Shown: piece after piece, positions 48,388 through 58,579 of the stretch
How the letters are laid out: the number at the start of each line of letters is the position of its first letter
Numbering within the stretch: the stretch's first letter is position 1
Assembly (NCBI GenBank): GCA_963716205.1
Contig: OY970290.1
Coordinates: 520,322 to 584,321, forward strand
Source: an uncultured bacterium
GTDB lineage: Bacteria; Patescibacteriota; Minisyncoccia; Phycocordibacterales; GWA1-40-21
Length of the DNA: 64,000 nt
Direction of reading: 5' to 3'
Made by a program: the position numbers and the translations under genes
The notes under the pieces: model-generated
Told to the model about the DNA's origin: nothing
Databases searched by the model: none
Seen by the model: only the letters and a program-made list of their open reading frames with translations

Positions 48388-50187
48388 TTAGTTATTTTTC
48401 AGTATCCTATCCAAAAAAGTTACAACTTTCGGATAGACATCAAGTCTGTTTTTCAGCTTCGCGATGCCATGTCCCTCGTCGTCGTATACGACAAGCTCAA
48501 CTTCTCTACCAAGCTCTTTAAGCTTTGATACCAACTGTCTTGCTTCCGATACCGGCACGCGAGGATCATTCTCCCCGTGAATGACGAACAATGGTGCTTT
48601 GATGTTTTGTATCGAATTGATTGGTGAAATTGATTCAAGGAGTGTGCGATCTTTTGCAAGCGAACCATATTCAGCTTCTCTCATCGCCCGTCTGTATGAT
48701 GATGTATTTTCAAGAAATGTAACGAGATTCACAATACCGACAGTATCAACTCCAGCTGCCCATAAATCGGGGTAGAAAGCAAGTCCCGCAAGAGTCATGT
48801 ATCCACCGTAGCTACCGCCCATAAGAGCGATTTTATTTGTGTCTAACTGCGATATTGATTTCAAATGTTCATGAAGCGATGCGATATCTTTTACAGAATC
48901 CATTCTTTTTTCAATGTCGTCGAGCGCCAAGTATTTTTTTCCGTATCCGGCGCTTCCCCTTACATTCGGCGCAACAACGGCATATCCCTGATACACAAAA
49001 TATTGAGTAAGTGATGCAAATCCTGGCGTATACTGGGATTCTGGTCCGCCGTGAATATTGATAATGACTGGAATCTTTTTATTTTGTTCAATATCTTTTG
49101 GAAGGAATAAAAAATATGGCACATTCAATTCATCGAACGATTTGAATCTGTGAAGTTCCGGATCGACAAGCTCATCCGCCGGCACTCCTTGATGACTTTG
49201 TGTAATCTGTTTTGATTTTTGATTTTCAAGAGAATATGTCCAAACATCGCTCGTGTGGCGTGCATCGCCAACACTCATTATGAGATTCTTGGAATCCTTT
49301 GAAAACCCCGCGCCATAAACCATACCTGTTTTTGGCAAATCAGTTAGTTTTACTTCGGTCATAGACGGGATATTGTAAAGAGTTAATTTACTGTATCCAT
49401 CTTCATTTACCATCACCGACAACAATTCAGAATTTCGAGATATGGAAACATTTTCAACATTCCATTCAGGCTCAAGGATATACTTTAATTCTTTTGATCC
49501 AATATCGTATTTGCATAACGTCTCAAAATCTCTGTCTTTATTTGTAATGGTATAGAACGAGGATTCATCAGATAGCCACGACATGCCAGCAAAATAGACC
49601 GGGCCTTCATGGGGCGTGATATGTTCAAGCTTTTTATCTTTCATCGACATCAAATATATATCGCAATCAAGATTCGAATTGAATTTTCGTATTCCAAAAT
49701 AACTGTTTTTCGGAGAAAAATTCGAAGCGTAACAATGTCCTCCTTTGTCATACACGCATTCGACAATACCAGTTTCCATATCGCGAATGTATACGTCAAA
49801 ATCAGTGCCATTTCTTTCATTTCCTGAATACCCGATGTACTTTCCATCTCTCGACCATCCACCGAAGTTATATTTTACTTTTGGATTGTCAGTCAATGCT
49901 TTTGTTTCTTTGGTTTCAAGCGAATATAAATAAAATTGAGTCTGCTCATTTCCTCCTTCTGATTTACCAAACAGTATCTCGTCTTTGATCGGAGAAAACA
50001 TTGAGAAAGAAACGGAATCTTCAAATGAGGTTATTTGCTCAGGATCTCCGCCGTTACTTGGAACAATATAGACTTGCGAAGTACCTGTCGTATTGCTTAT
50101 AAAGCATATTTTACTGCCGTCGTAATTAAACGATCCTCCACCGGACGATTTTACCTCAAGAAAATCTTGTATGGTGTATTTTTTCAT
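48388..50187 (-). CDS. S9 family (acylaminoacyl/prolyl oligo-) peptidase
   Basis: Beta-propeller region, HGGP, GGSYGG, ND.RV, DEGHG. Confidence 0.92.
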   Translation of the reverse strand: MKKYTIQDFLEVKSSGGGSFNYDGSKICFISNTTGTSQVYIVPSNGGDPEQITSFEDSVSFSMFSPIKDEILFGKSEGGNEQTQFYLYSLETKETKALTDNPKVKYNFGGWSRDGKYIGYSGNERNGTDFDVYIRDMETGIVECVYDKGGHCYASNFSPKNSYFGIRKFNSNLDCDIYLMSMKDKKLEHITPHEGPVYFAGMSWLSDESSFYTITNKDRDFETLCKYDIGSKELKYILEPEWNVENVSISRNSELLSVMVNEDGYSKLTLYNIPSMTEVKLTDLPKTGMVYGAGFSKDSKNLIMSVGDARHTSDVWTYSLENQKSKQITQSHQGVPADELVDPELHRFKSFDELNVPYFLFLPKDIEQNKKIPVIINIHGGPESQYTPGFASLTQYFVYQGYAVVAPNVRGSAGYGKKYLALDDIEKRMDSVKDIASLHEHLKSISQLDTNKIALMGGSYGGYMTLAGLAFYPDLWAAGVDTVGIVNLVTFLENTSSYRRAMREAEYGSLAKDRTLLESISPINSIQNIKAPLFVIHGENDPRVPVSEARQLVSKLKELGREVELVVYDDEGHGIAKLKNRLDVYPKVVTFLDRILKNN

Positions 50188-50228
50188 TAAAAGTCAGTTT
50201 ATCACATTACGTGAAATTTATAAAAAAT

Positions 50229-50260
50229 AAAATGGGGGATCTTAAGTTTCCCCCATTTTT
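50229..50260 (-). terminator. Intrinsic terminator after the sORF
   Basis: AAAATGGGG...CCCCATTTT. Confidence 0.6.
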
Positions 50261-50281
50261 GCTGCGCCAACGGCCGAAGGC

Positions 50282-50374
50282 CTATTGGTCCGGTATTGCC
50301 GGATTGTTCCCTTGTTCGGTTGAAGCTTCGTCATCGATTGACGTATCTTCGTCATCTGGGCCTAGATAAGGCAT
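50282..50374 (-). CDS. 30-aa acidic small ORF with its own promoter, SD and terminator
   Basis: MPYLGPDDEDTSIDDEASTEQGNNPAIPDQ; GGAAGGGGGT SD; TTGACA-16-TAACAT (extended -10) at 50440-50413. Confidence 0.55.
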   Translation of the reverse strand: MPYLGPDDEDTSIDDEASTEQGNNPAIPDQ

Positions 50375-50483
50375 GAGCGTTTACCCCCTTCCATAAAATG
50401 AACTGCACTATAATGTTAACAAACGTAGTGAATTTGTCAAAAACAGATTATTGATTTCTCCAGATAGAGGAATCAATGGATAC

Positions 50484-52274
50484 TTATTCATGCAGTCCGA
50501 TCTGATATTCGTACAATTTTCTGTACACTCCGTTTTCTTTCTGAATCAGTTCATTATGCGTGCCAACTTCGACTATTTTACCTTTTTCAAATACAAGAAT
50601 TTTATTTGCTTTTCGCACCGTTGAAAGGCGGTGAGCAATAATCAGTGTCGTGCGATTATGCATTAATTTTTCCAATTCCGTCGTAACAATTTTTTCCGTT
50701 TGAGAATCAAGCGCGCTTGTTGGTTCATCTAGAATAAGGATTGATGGATTTCTCAATATGGCACGTGCAATTGCTACGCGTTGTTTTTGTCCAACCGATA
50801 ATTTAATGCCACGCTCGCCTACTAAGCTATCGTATCCTTTTGGTAGTGTCCGTATAAATTCATCAATATGAGCTTCCTTTGCAGCTTTGAAAATATCTTC
50901 GTCCGAAGCGTTGAAAGATCCATAGGCAATATTTGTTTTTATGGAATCATTAAACAAAGCGACTTCTTGCGGCACAACCGCGATGTGTTTTCTGAGATTG
51001 GATAAATTCCATTTTCTCGTATCTATGCCATCAACTAATACTTCTCCTTGCGATGGGAAATAATAGCCGGAGATAAGGGAAATGGTGGTGCTTTTGCCAA
51101 CGCCCGATTCGCCGACAAATGCGACAATCTCACCCGCTTTTATTGTAAAATCAATATCGGTCAAAACACTCGGCTGATTTTCTCCATAGTTGAAGTACAC
51201 ATGTTTGAAATCAATATTTCCTGCCACCTGCTCCTGACTGACTGAACCGCTTGGATTGTAAACCTCCTCTTTTTTGTCGAATATTTCTTCTGCATGCGCC
51301 GCAGTCGTAATTCCGTTTTGGATTGTTTGCCATTGATATCCAAGAGCAACAAAAGGACCGAAAAACATGAGTGCATATCCGTTGAGTGCTATCAGTTGAC
51401 CGATGCTCATTGCAGAGGTTGCAACCAAATGTATCGAAAGACTGAAAATGGCTAATTGCGTGAGAAATACGATACTGCGCTGAAAGAAACCAACATTGCT
51501 CCATGTTATTTCAACTTTGCTCCACATATTCATGACGTCCTTCAAAAAACCGGTTTTCACTCTTTCCGTTTCATACTCTTCAGCGACAGCTTGTTTGAGA
51601 CTTTCGACTTGTTGCACTGCCTGCGCCGCGTCATCCCAGCTATCGCTCCACTTGTGACGTGCAGCGGAATCAATCGCCGCTATCGGTCTGAGGATTTTGA
51701 TCAATGAAAGAATATACAATGCCACGCCAGCAACCAAAACCCACGCCATCATTTTATTGATGGTCATCGCAAGCACAAAACCAATGATAATACTCAAAAA
51801 CTGCGGCATGAGAGTAACAATTGAATTAATAATTGCCGAGATTCTCCATCCTGCACTGCCTAATTTCTGTATATCTCCATTTAAATGAGCGTTCTTGTGA
51901 TATGTAATGGGAAGTTTGAATAAGTGAATGAGACCGCTGCTCTCAACATTAAGTTGTATGCCGAGCTTTACTTTTCGTCCTATTCGATCACTTATCCAAT
52001 CAATGTTGTTTGCAACAAGCTGAACGATAGTCCATGCGATAAGCAAAAAAAGCCAGAGTGGCAGACCGGCTTGGAGAGCTGATTTGTGCTCGGATACACT
52101 TACCAGTGCATCAAAAAATTTACCGGTGACAAAAGGAACAAAACCGTTTGCGATTGCGGAAATGATGCCGAGAACAAAAAGTGCTACCAGTGTGCCTTTA
52201 AATGGTTTGGCATGACGCCAGATCGCTTTTGCACCAGTTTTGAGTTCCTTGTCAGAAATAGTCTTGTCTTCCAT
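50484..52274 (-). CDS. ABC exporter (fused TMD + NBD)
   Basis: GESGVGKS, LSVGQKQR, ILDEPTS, AHRLST. Confidence 0.92.
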   Translation of the reverse strand: MEDKTISDKELKTGAKAIWRHAKPFKGTLVALFVLGIISAIANGFVPFVTGKFFDALVSVSEHKSALQAGLPLWLFLLIAWTIVQLVANNIDWISDRIGRKVKLGIQLNVESSGLIHLFKLPITYHKNAHLNGDIQKLGSAGWRISAIINSIVTLMPQFLSIIIGFVLAMTINKMMAWVLVAGVALYILSLIKILRPIAAIDSAARHKWSDSWDDAAQAVQQVESLKQAVAEEYETERVKTGFLKDVMNMWSKVEITWSNVGFFQRSIVFLTQLAIFSLSIHLVATSAMSIGQLIALNGYALMFFGPFVALGYQWQTIQNGITTAAHAEEIFDKKEEVYNPSGSVSQEQVAGNIDFKHVYFNYGENQPSVLTDIDFTIKAGEIVAFVGESGVGKSTTISLISGYYFPSQGEVLVDGIDTRKWNLSNLRKHIAVVPQEVALFNDSIKTNIAYGSFNASDEDIFKAAKEAHIDEFIRTLPKGYDSLVGERGIKLSVGQKQRVAIARAILRNPSILILDEPTSALDSQTEKIVTTELEKLMHNRTTLIIAHRLSTVRKANKILVFEKGKIVEVGTHNELIQKENGVYRKLYEYQIGLHE

Positions 52275-52482
52275 ACAGGAAAAAGAATAGCATGAAATTA
52301 TAAATATGAATAATCAAAACAGACCCTGACTTTCTCTAGGCAGTGAAGCAGACTAAGTTTGATTAAAATGATCGCTATTCGTTTAAGTCAAGGAGTTGTG
52401 TTAGTCCAGCAGTTTGACAATTACTCACAAAAAATATATAAATCAACTCAGTTGGTTCTTAAAAATTCTAGGGGGTGATCCA

Positions 52483-52749
52483 ATGATACTCTTTTCTCTT
52501 TTGTGCAGCTTGCTGCAAATCGCAGGTACGATTACAATGGTAGTCTGCTGTTTAACTGGCACTACCGGTGTTAAATTACAACCCGACCTTATTCTTTTTG
52601 TCATGGTTTGCGGCATTGCAGCGCCACTCAAGTTGCTTTACAAGAAAAATCGGGAGCAACCATTAAACTGGGCTGCCGCAGTCTGCGGATCCATGATAGC
52701 TGTTGTATTGTTCCTGATGTTTGTGAAGGTCATCAACCCGGCAAGTTAA
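52483..52749 (+). CDS. Small 3-TM hypothetical protein
   Basis: TTGACA-17-TATAAA at 52414, GGGGGTG SD, terminator at 52772-52803. Confidence 0.65.
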   Translation: MILFSLLCSLLQIAGTITMVVCCLTGTTGVKLQPDLILFVMVCGIAAPLKLLYKKNREQPLNWAAAVCGSMIAVVLFLMFVKVINPAS

Positions 52750-52771
52750 AAGGAAACTTAATCAGAAAAAT

Positions 52772-52803
52772 AAGCCTCTGTAGAAATACGGAGGCTTTTT
52801 TAT
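52772..52803. terminator. Bidirectional terminator
   Basis: AAGCCTCTGTA-GAAA-TACGGAGGCTTTTT. Confidence 0.75.
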
Positions 52804-52838
52804 TACGTAAAACACTCTGTCAAAGGAAGTAGAAATTA

Positions 52839-53342
52839 TTAATTTAAATATTGTTTTGCCTCAGTTAAAAATGTTAAATCTCTTTGCTTGATGTACGGAT
52901 TACCGGTTGTACCGTCTACGTTACTTTTAAGAGCATTTATTGCATCTTCATAGGATAACCATACAGGTTCGAATCCATCATTAATCTCTTTTTCAGTAAA
53001 ATTCGGTGTACCTTTTTGACCAACTACTTTTGCCAAATAACAATATGAAATCTGTTTGAGATGAATAGCTTTATTATATTCTGTAATGATACCGATTTCA
53101 TTGACAACTTCTATGTTACACCCGATCTCTTCCTTACATTCTCTTTTGAGGGCAAGCGCTCTATCTTCCTCACTTTCTATACCACCACCCGGTAATTTAT
53201 AAAAGTTACGTTTTGTAACATGAAGTAAAGCAATCATTCCATCATCATCAAAAACAACCGCTCTAGATGCTTCACGTAAGCGGAAACCATTTGCTTCACT
53301 GTCAGGAATATTCTCGGGATTTAATAATAAAAGATTTTTCAT
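52839..53342 (-). CDS. NUDIX hydrolase
   Basis: LPGGGIE..E....ALKRECKEEIG. Confidence 0.88.
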   Translation of the reverse strand: MKNLLLLNPENIPDSEANGFRLREASRAVVFDDDGMIALLHVTKRNFYKLPGGGIESEEDRALALKRECKEEIGCNIEVVNEIGIITEYNKAIHLKQISYCYLAKVVGQKGTPNFTEKEINDGFEPVWLSYEDAINALKSNVDGTTGNPYIKQRDLTFLTEAKQYLN

Positions 53343-53346
53343 ATTT

Positions 53347-53838
53347 TTATTCTTTTCCCGAAATAAAAAGTTTCTTGCACTCTTCTCGAAGAACCCCTTC
53401 GACTGCTTGTACTTGCGGTTTTCTCCCTTTGGCAAATATCTCCCGTGCCGGGATATCTATAGTCAGCCATGTATAGTTTTCATTACCGTGTGCTTGTCTA
53501 AATGCAGCCATATCTGCGATTTTTGCACCGATTACGACACCTTCAAGTCGTGCCCATACGCAAGCAGATGCACACATAGGACATGGTTCATGTGTTGTAT
53601 AAAGTATACAACCATACAAATGGCGGGTACCAAGCTTTTTAGCCGCTTTTCTGATAGCAGCAACTTCAGCATGTTGAGTGGGATCGTTATCAGTTTTTGC
53701 ACGATTGGGAGATTTAGCAATTATTTTCCCATCTTTTACAATAACAGCTCCAATAGGATAGTCGCCAACTTTTTTGTTTTTGTTTGCCTCTGCAATGGCA
53801 ACTCGCATAAATTTTTCCTCAACGTGAATTGTTTTCAT
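53347..53838 (-). CDS. Nucleoside deaminase (TadA/guanine deaminase-like)
   Basis: PIGAVIV, DPTQHAE, EPCPMC. Confidence 0.88.
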   Translation of the reverse strand: MKTIHVEEKFMRVAIAEANKNKKVGDYPIGAVIVKDGKIIAKSPNRAKTDNDPTQHAEVAAIRKAAKKLGTRHLYGCILYTTHEPCPMCASACVWARLEGVVIGAKIADMAAFRQAHGNENYTWLTIDIPAREIFAKGRKPQVQAVEGVLREECKKLFISGKE

Positions 53839-53839
53839 A

Positions 53840-54406
53840 TTATTTCATCATCTTATCTAACGCTTCCAAACATTGCGGAAGTGAAGTCCAACCGGCTGAT
53901 CCGTTCAGGTGTCCTCCATTTTTGATAATAATGAGTTCCCCATTCAATTCTTTTGACAGAGTCGTCGCATTGCTAACCGGAACCACGGGATCATTATCGC
54001 CATGAATAATCGAGAATTTCTTTGTCTTTGATTTAATCGTTTGATAGTCAAAACCATTTTTCAAGAAGTCTTCTATTTGCTTATCTTCGTTTTCTTCATT
54101 TAATACGCAGCGGCCGGAGGCTAAAACAACTCCTACAATATTCAACGTTTTCGGCGAAGATTCCAAATATCGCAAAATAGCTGGAACACCGAGACTGTGA
54201 CCGACTAAGTAGATTTCATCATCCGTATTTTTTTCCACATTTCTTGCTATTTCTTCTACCCACTCACTGCAAACTGGTTTCTCCGGACTTGGCATGGAAA
54301 GCGCACACGCGTAGATATCCTTTTTATCCAATTCAGCCATAAGCCATGGTCGCCAACCGCCGTTCGGACGACTTCCGTATCCGTGAATGATAAAAACTTT
54401 TTTCAT
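53840..54406 (-). CDS. RBBP9/YdeN alpha/beta hydrolase
   Basis: IIHGY...W.PWL, GHSLG, NDP.VP, GGHLN. Confidence 0.88.
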   Translation of the reverse strand: MKKVFIIHGYGSRPNGGWRPWLMAELDKKDIYACALSMPSPEKPVCSEWVEEIARNVEKNTDDEIYLVGHSLGVPAILRYLESSPKTLNIVGVVLASGRCVLNEENEDKQIEDFLKNGFDYQTIKSKTKKFSIIHGDNDPVVPVSNATTLSKELNGELIIIKNGGHLNGSAGWTSLPQCLEALDKMMK

Positions 54407-54726
54407 ATATTTTCTAAAGAATAAACATCTAAAGCTACTTCTTCATACGGGTGCACTTTTTTAATTGCACTAATAACATCCTGTAATTTTTCTTGTGAGC
54501 ATACTGTTTCAATCCGTTCCTCAACAACTTCTTCGACTTTTCCAATCTTGCCGATATGAGGTTTAGCCCCCTGTTCTGGTTTGAACCTACCAATACCTTT
54601 TGTCGAAAATGTACAGTGAGTGTAATTGCCGATAACACCGGCACCAGCCGTTGCCATTGCTTCACGGACTACATCAGTATGTGTTTCGGGAACAAAGACA
54701 ACAATTTTTACATTTTTACTTTGCAT
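54403..54726 (-). CDS. YqfO/NIF3 insert-like (PII/CutA-fold) protein
   Basis: KIVVFVP...AGAG.IGNY..C.F...G.GRF.P...HPYEE. Confidence 0.85.
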   Translation of the reverse strand: MQSKNVKIVVFVPETHTDVVREAMATAGAGVIGNYTHCTFSTKGIGRFKPEQGAKPHIGKIGKVEEVVEERIETVCSQEKLQDVISAIKKVHPYEEVALDVYSLENI

Positions 54727-54730
54727 GTTT

Positions 54731-55393
54731 TTACCAATTTCTCTCTTTTCCTTCAAGCCAGAATTTTCCCGTTTCGACTTTTGATATGGCGAGGTTGTAA
54801 ATATCTTCGGCTGCATCTTTTGGATCGCGCGGTGCCTCGTCTCCTCCCATGTCGGTTTTCACCCATCCCGGATCGAGAGCCGAAACGATAATGCCTTGTG
54901 GTTTTAACTGCCTGCCCATCGTTCTTGTAAACATGTTAATAGCGGTCTTTGAAATCTTATATGCTGGAACATAGAAAGAAGCTTCTATCGGATCTATCAA
55001 TGATGATGCCATTGAGGAGATATTAATAATATGACTCGGATTGTTTAGCAAAGGTAAAATTTGAATCGTAAAATCCGCCGTACCCACGACATTCACTTCA
55101 AGTGTTGTTCGCAGATCGTTTGCGTCAAGATCGGCGTCAATATCGTCAAGTGCAATGGCAGCCCCATTTACCAGAACATCGATTTTTTTGTTTAATTTTT
55201 TTATCTGTTTGATTGCCTCTTTAATTGTCTCTGATTTAAGATAATCCGCTCGGACGGGAACGAAATTCTTATCGGCAATATTTATTTTTCCCATCGTCGA
55301 CGTACCGATGACAAACCACCCTTCTTTCAAGAATTTTTTGGCCGTTGCCATTCCAATGCCGCGACTTGCCCCGGTGATAATGACTGTTTTCAT
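54731..55393 (-). CDS. SDR oxidoreductase
   Basis: ITGASRGIG, YKISK, PGWVKTDMGG. Confidence 0.9.
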   Translation of the reverse strand: MKTVIITGASRGIGMATAKKFLKEGWFVIGTSTMGKINIADKNFVPVRADYLKSETIKEAIKQIKKLNKKIDVLVNGAAIALDDIDADLDANDLRTTLEVNVVGTADFTIQILPLLNNPSHIINISSMASSLIDPIEASFYVPAYKISKTAINMFTRTMGRQLKPQGIIVSALDPGWVKTDMGGDEAPRDPKDAAEDIYNLAISKVETGKFWLEGKERNW

Positions 55394-55553
55394 GGAACGA
55401 TTTTAACATAAAATCAATAAAATATATTCTGAGCTTCCTATCCAGCAAAACGGAAATTGACAATACTGAATTAGCGTGATAATGTTCTTACGAGTTGTTG
55501 CCAGCGGATCTTTTCAAAGAATCCGTCTGAGTTTGAAAATTTGGAGGAAAGAA

Positions 55554-55805
55554 ATGATGCAAATACTTCTTATTTCTCTGGGAATAATTGTTCTCGTTGT
55601 TTTGGCTTTTGTTCTTCTTCCTACGTCAAAATCAAGGGAGTGTCCGAACTGCAATAGTCATACGTTGAGCCCTTTTTGCTCAACCTGCGGCAGTAAGACT
55701 GTACGAGTTCAGTGTTGCTGGAAGTGCTGGGGAGAGGTTTTTAAGCAAGATCATTACTGCAAAGGATGCGGCCTTTCACGGAAGGAGGCTCTTAACCTAG
55801 AGTGA
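55554..55805 (+). CDS. Small TM + double zinc-ribbon protein
   Basis: GGAGG SD; TM, then CPNC/CSTC/CWKC/CKGC. Confidence 0.7.
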   Translation: MMQILLISLGIIVLVVLAFVLLPTSKSRECPNCNSHTLSPFCSTCGSKTVRVQCCWKCWGEVFKQDHYCKGCGLSRKEALNLE

Positions 55806-55874
55806 GCGTCTGGTCTCGATTTAAGACTAAATGTAGTGATCCCTGAAAAAAGCTAAATCCTCCGTGTTGTCTTC

Positions 55875-55909
55875 AGCCTCGTTCCGATTTATCGGAACGA
55901 GGCTTTTTA
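55875..55909. terminator. Intrinsic terminator
   Basis: AGCCTCGTTCCGA-TTTA-TCGGAACGAGGCTTTTT. Confidence 0.8.
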
Positions 55910-55930
55910 TTATTCTAAAAAGATAAGTGT

Positions 55931-56608
55931 TTAAAGGAACAACAAATCCCTATCAATCTCATCCGAATCCGTTCCCTTCTCCTTGTGCCCCATGGCTTTG
56001 TGAGTAGAAGCCAGATACACGACGTTTTTTCCGAATTTCTCTTCAAGAGAATCAATACGCTCGTGAATCAGTTTGAATTTGTCCGATTGATTGCTGTTAC
56101 CGAACAGGTCTTTCTGCGAAACGGAATCAGGAATGAGATCTTCGAGGATCACTCCCGTCGTGCGATATGGAACACCTTTTGTATGTACTGTCTTGAAGCG
56201 TTCTCGGATCAAGGGAATGAGTATCTCAGGAGAATTTGTCGGTGAAGGAAGCATGACAGAGCAAGTTGAATACTTGAAACCGCTCGTTTTGAGGAAGAAT
56301 GAAAATTTCTTGGCGGCAAGTTTATAATGTCTTGCCTTTCTGCAAGCTTCCTCCGCATGTTTGGAAAGCTGGGAGAGGAGAAAGTCTATATCGTTTGTCG
56401 CTGGATGGAATGTTCTCGTTTTCTGGATAGATGAATAGCTAGTCTTCGGATTTGAATCGATTTCCATGACGGAAACTCCGTTGAGTTCCTGCCACATGGT
56501 CTCATATGGTTTGGAAAGATTCTCCCTGATCCAATCAATGTTCTTTTGCGCCAGATTGAGTGCGGTATAAATCTTCTTGTCTTTCAGATACTCCGCAGTC
56601 CTTGGCCC
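55931..56608 (-). pseudogene. Y-family DNA polymerase (DinB/UmuC) C-terminal fragment
   Basis: GPRTA.YL....I.TA (HhH), ELNG, SIQKTRTF, EEACRKAR, YR.TGV.L, Q.DLF clamp motif; catalytic N-terminus missing. Confidence 0.8.
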
Positions 56609-56609
56609 C

Positions 56610-57542
56610 TCACCGAATGAAAAGTTTTTGTTGATGATTTTGTGTTCGCAGGCGAAACTGGAAAACGATAACAAAAGCGTAAACGTAAAACGCGGACTTC
56701 GCACTCGTTGCGAAATGGGACTGCGTCCCGGTCCCGCGGTCGTTGGATATTTGAATGAACGGCACATGGATCGAAAGTGTCAGGTTATCATTGATCCCGA
56801 GCGCGGTCCGATCATCAAGAAAATCTTTGAGAAAGTGGCATATGAAAAGTGGAGTGGTCACAAGATATATAACTGGCTGAAGTTTGAAATCAATTTCAAG
56901 AGCGTAACAGGCAATAAAGGGTTAACCCTCGGTAACATCTATCAAATACTGGAAAATCCGTTCTACTACGGCGTATTCGAATATCCCGTCAAAAGTGGAA
57001 AATGGTATACTGGCAAACATACCCCTCTCATCACCAAAGAACTCTACGATCAGGTGCAAAAGCAGGTCAAAAGCAATATTTTGAAGGTGGAGAATAAAGA
57101 ATTTGCCTTTACAAAATTAATGACTTGCGGACTATGCAGTTCAGGCATTACAGCAGATGAAAAGTTCAAGAAATTGAAAGATGGCACCTTTAATCGGCAT
57201 GTTTACTATGGCTGTACCAAAGTGAGAGATCGGAATTGCAAGTGCGGATATATCACCGAGGAAGAGCTTGTCAAACAGCTTGAAGTTTTCATTGAAAAAA
57301 TTGATCTGAATGAAATTGGCATCAAGGATACGATCAAACATGAAGTCGAACGAATCAAAAAATTCATGCGGGTCATGTTCAATCAAAATGAAACGATTGA
57401 AGCCAAAGATATCGACATTCGCAATTACGTGAAATTCATTTTGAGAGACGGCACGAATCTGGAAAAACGGGAGTTGCTCGGATGTTTGAAAAGTAGGATC
57501 AGTTTGAAGGATAAGGTAATATTTTTAACGGAAGAAAAATAA
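56610..57542 (+). pseudogene. Large serine recombinase lacking its catalytic N-terminus
   Basis: PNEKFLLMILCSQAKLENDNKS.NVKRG, GY, NPFYYG, H.PLI..EL...VQ, CG.C, YY.C. Confidence 0.82.
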
Positions 57543-57567
57543 TTTGTTTGATCACCTTATTTTTTAT

Positions 57568-58293
57568 TTAGATTTTTTCAATCAAAGCGATATATGAGGC
57601 CTTGCCAGAATCGATGATTTTCCTTATTCTCCAACCAGTGCCTTCAAGTATCATTTTCATCTCATTCGGTGACACGAAAAGATAATCGAACCAATCGCCG
57701 ATAACTTTACCGAATCGAACCCTGATTCTTATCTGTCCTGGCATTCTGCCTCGCTTTACGTTCAATTTTTGATATGCATGATGGTCATCGCTCTTTGTTT
57801 TATACGGATTGTTGCTTTCAGCCAGAATAAGTGCTCTTGGAGTGGTGATTTTGTAAAAATCTTTGAGTAATCTTTTAGCTTTATGAACGTTGCCGAAAAG
57901 GCCGAAATTATTCCCAAACATGATGATCGTATCGAATTTTGATGGTGATAATTTAGCTATATCTTCAATTGGCAAAACCTTGGCTTTTTTCACTCCTCTT
58001 TTTCTGCAAACAGAAATAGCAAGTGGCGAGTTATCAATTGCCATAACATCAAATCCTTTCTTTTGTAGATAGAGAGGAACCCGCCCGGCACCAGCGCCGA
58101 CATCAAGAATTTTTCCTTTCACATTTGATATGGCTTTTCGTTCAAAAAGATGCCATTTTTTAAAATCCTTAAAGTATCCGCTCACATTATCCACATCGAT
58201 ATAATCGTCATCCCGTTCAATGATTCCCACGGAACTGCCGTTTTTCAGGTATTCCATCACTTCTAATCCAAATGAGTCTTTGTTTGTTTTCAT
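57568..58293 (-). CDS. Class I SAM-dependent methyltransferase
   Basis: ILDVGAGAG, IDNS, FDTIIM.GNNFG. Confidence 0.88.
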   Translation of the reverse strand: MKTNKDSFGLEVMEYLKNGSSVGIIERDDDYIDVDNVSGYFKDFKKWHLFERKAISNVKGKILDVGAGAGRVPLYLQKKGFDVMAIDNSPLAISVCRKRGVKKAKVLPIEDIAKLSPSKFDTIIMFGNNFGLFGNVHKAKRLLKDFYKITTPRALILAESNNPYKTKSDDHHAYQKLNVKRGRMPGQIRIRVRFGKVIGDWFDYLFVSPNEMKMILEGTGWRIRKIIDSGKASYIALIEKI

Positions 58294-58409
58294 ACGACAG
58301 AATTATATCAAAAAAATCAAAATTAAACCAAAAGAATTCATCAATTTAAAAAATACAACGCAACTCGAGCGCTCATATTACATCACGAATATATGCTACC
58401 TGTCAACGG

Positions 58410-58480
58410 CTGCGGGACTTGGACTCGAACCAAGATAACATCCTCCAGAGGGATGTGTCCTACCATTAGACGATCCCGCA
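58410..58480 (-). tRNA. tRNA-Gln(CTG)
   Basis: TGCGGGA acceptor, CATCC-CTCTGGA-GGATG, GGTTCGAGTCC. Confidence 0.93.
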
Positions 58481-58527
58481 AAAAATAAACGAACAAAAGA
58501 ACAATACGCGAAAAACTTGATAATTTC

Positions 58528-58564
58528 AAGGCGTAATTTTCGCGAAGCGAAAATTACGCCTTTT
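58528..58564. terminator. Hairpin/terminator after ftsX
   Basis: AAGGCGTAATTTTCGC-GAA-GCGAAAATTACGCCTT. Confidence 0.75.
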
Positions 58565-58579
58565 ATCAAAAATAGGCTT

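Larger units (their letters stand above)
47273..58409. mobile_element. Degenerate genomic island / cassette region at the 3' end of tRNA-Gln
   Basis: Bounded by att-like repeats on the left and tRNA-Gln on the right; contains recombinase and DinB fragments and unrelated cargo genes, several with their own promoter, SD and terminator. Confidence 0.6.

Noticed and set aside
52325-52412. Structured ncRNA between the ABC exporter and the small TM gene
   Set aside because: Only weak GACTAA/TTAGTC pairing; no recognisable family
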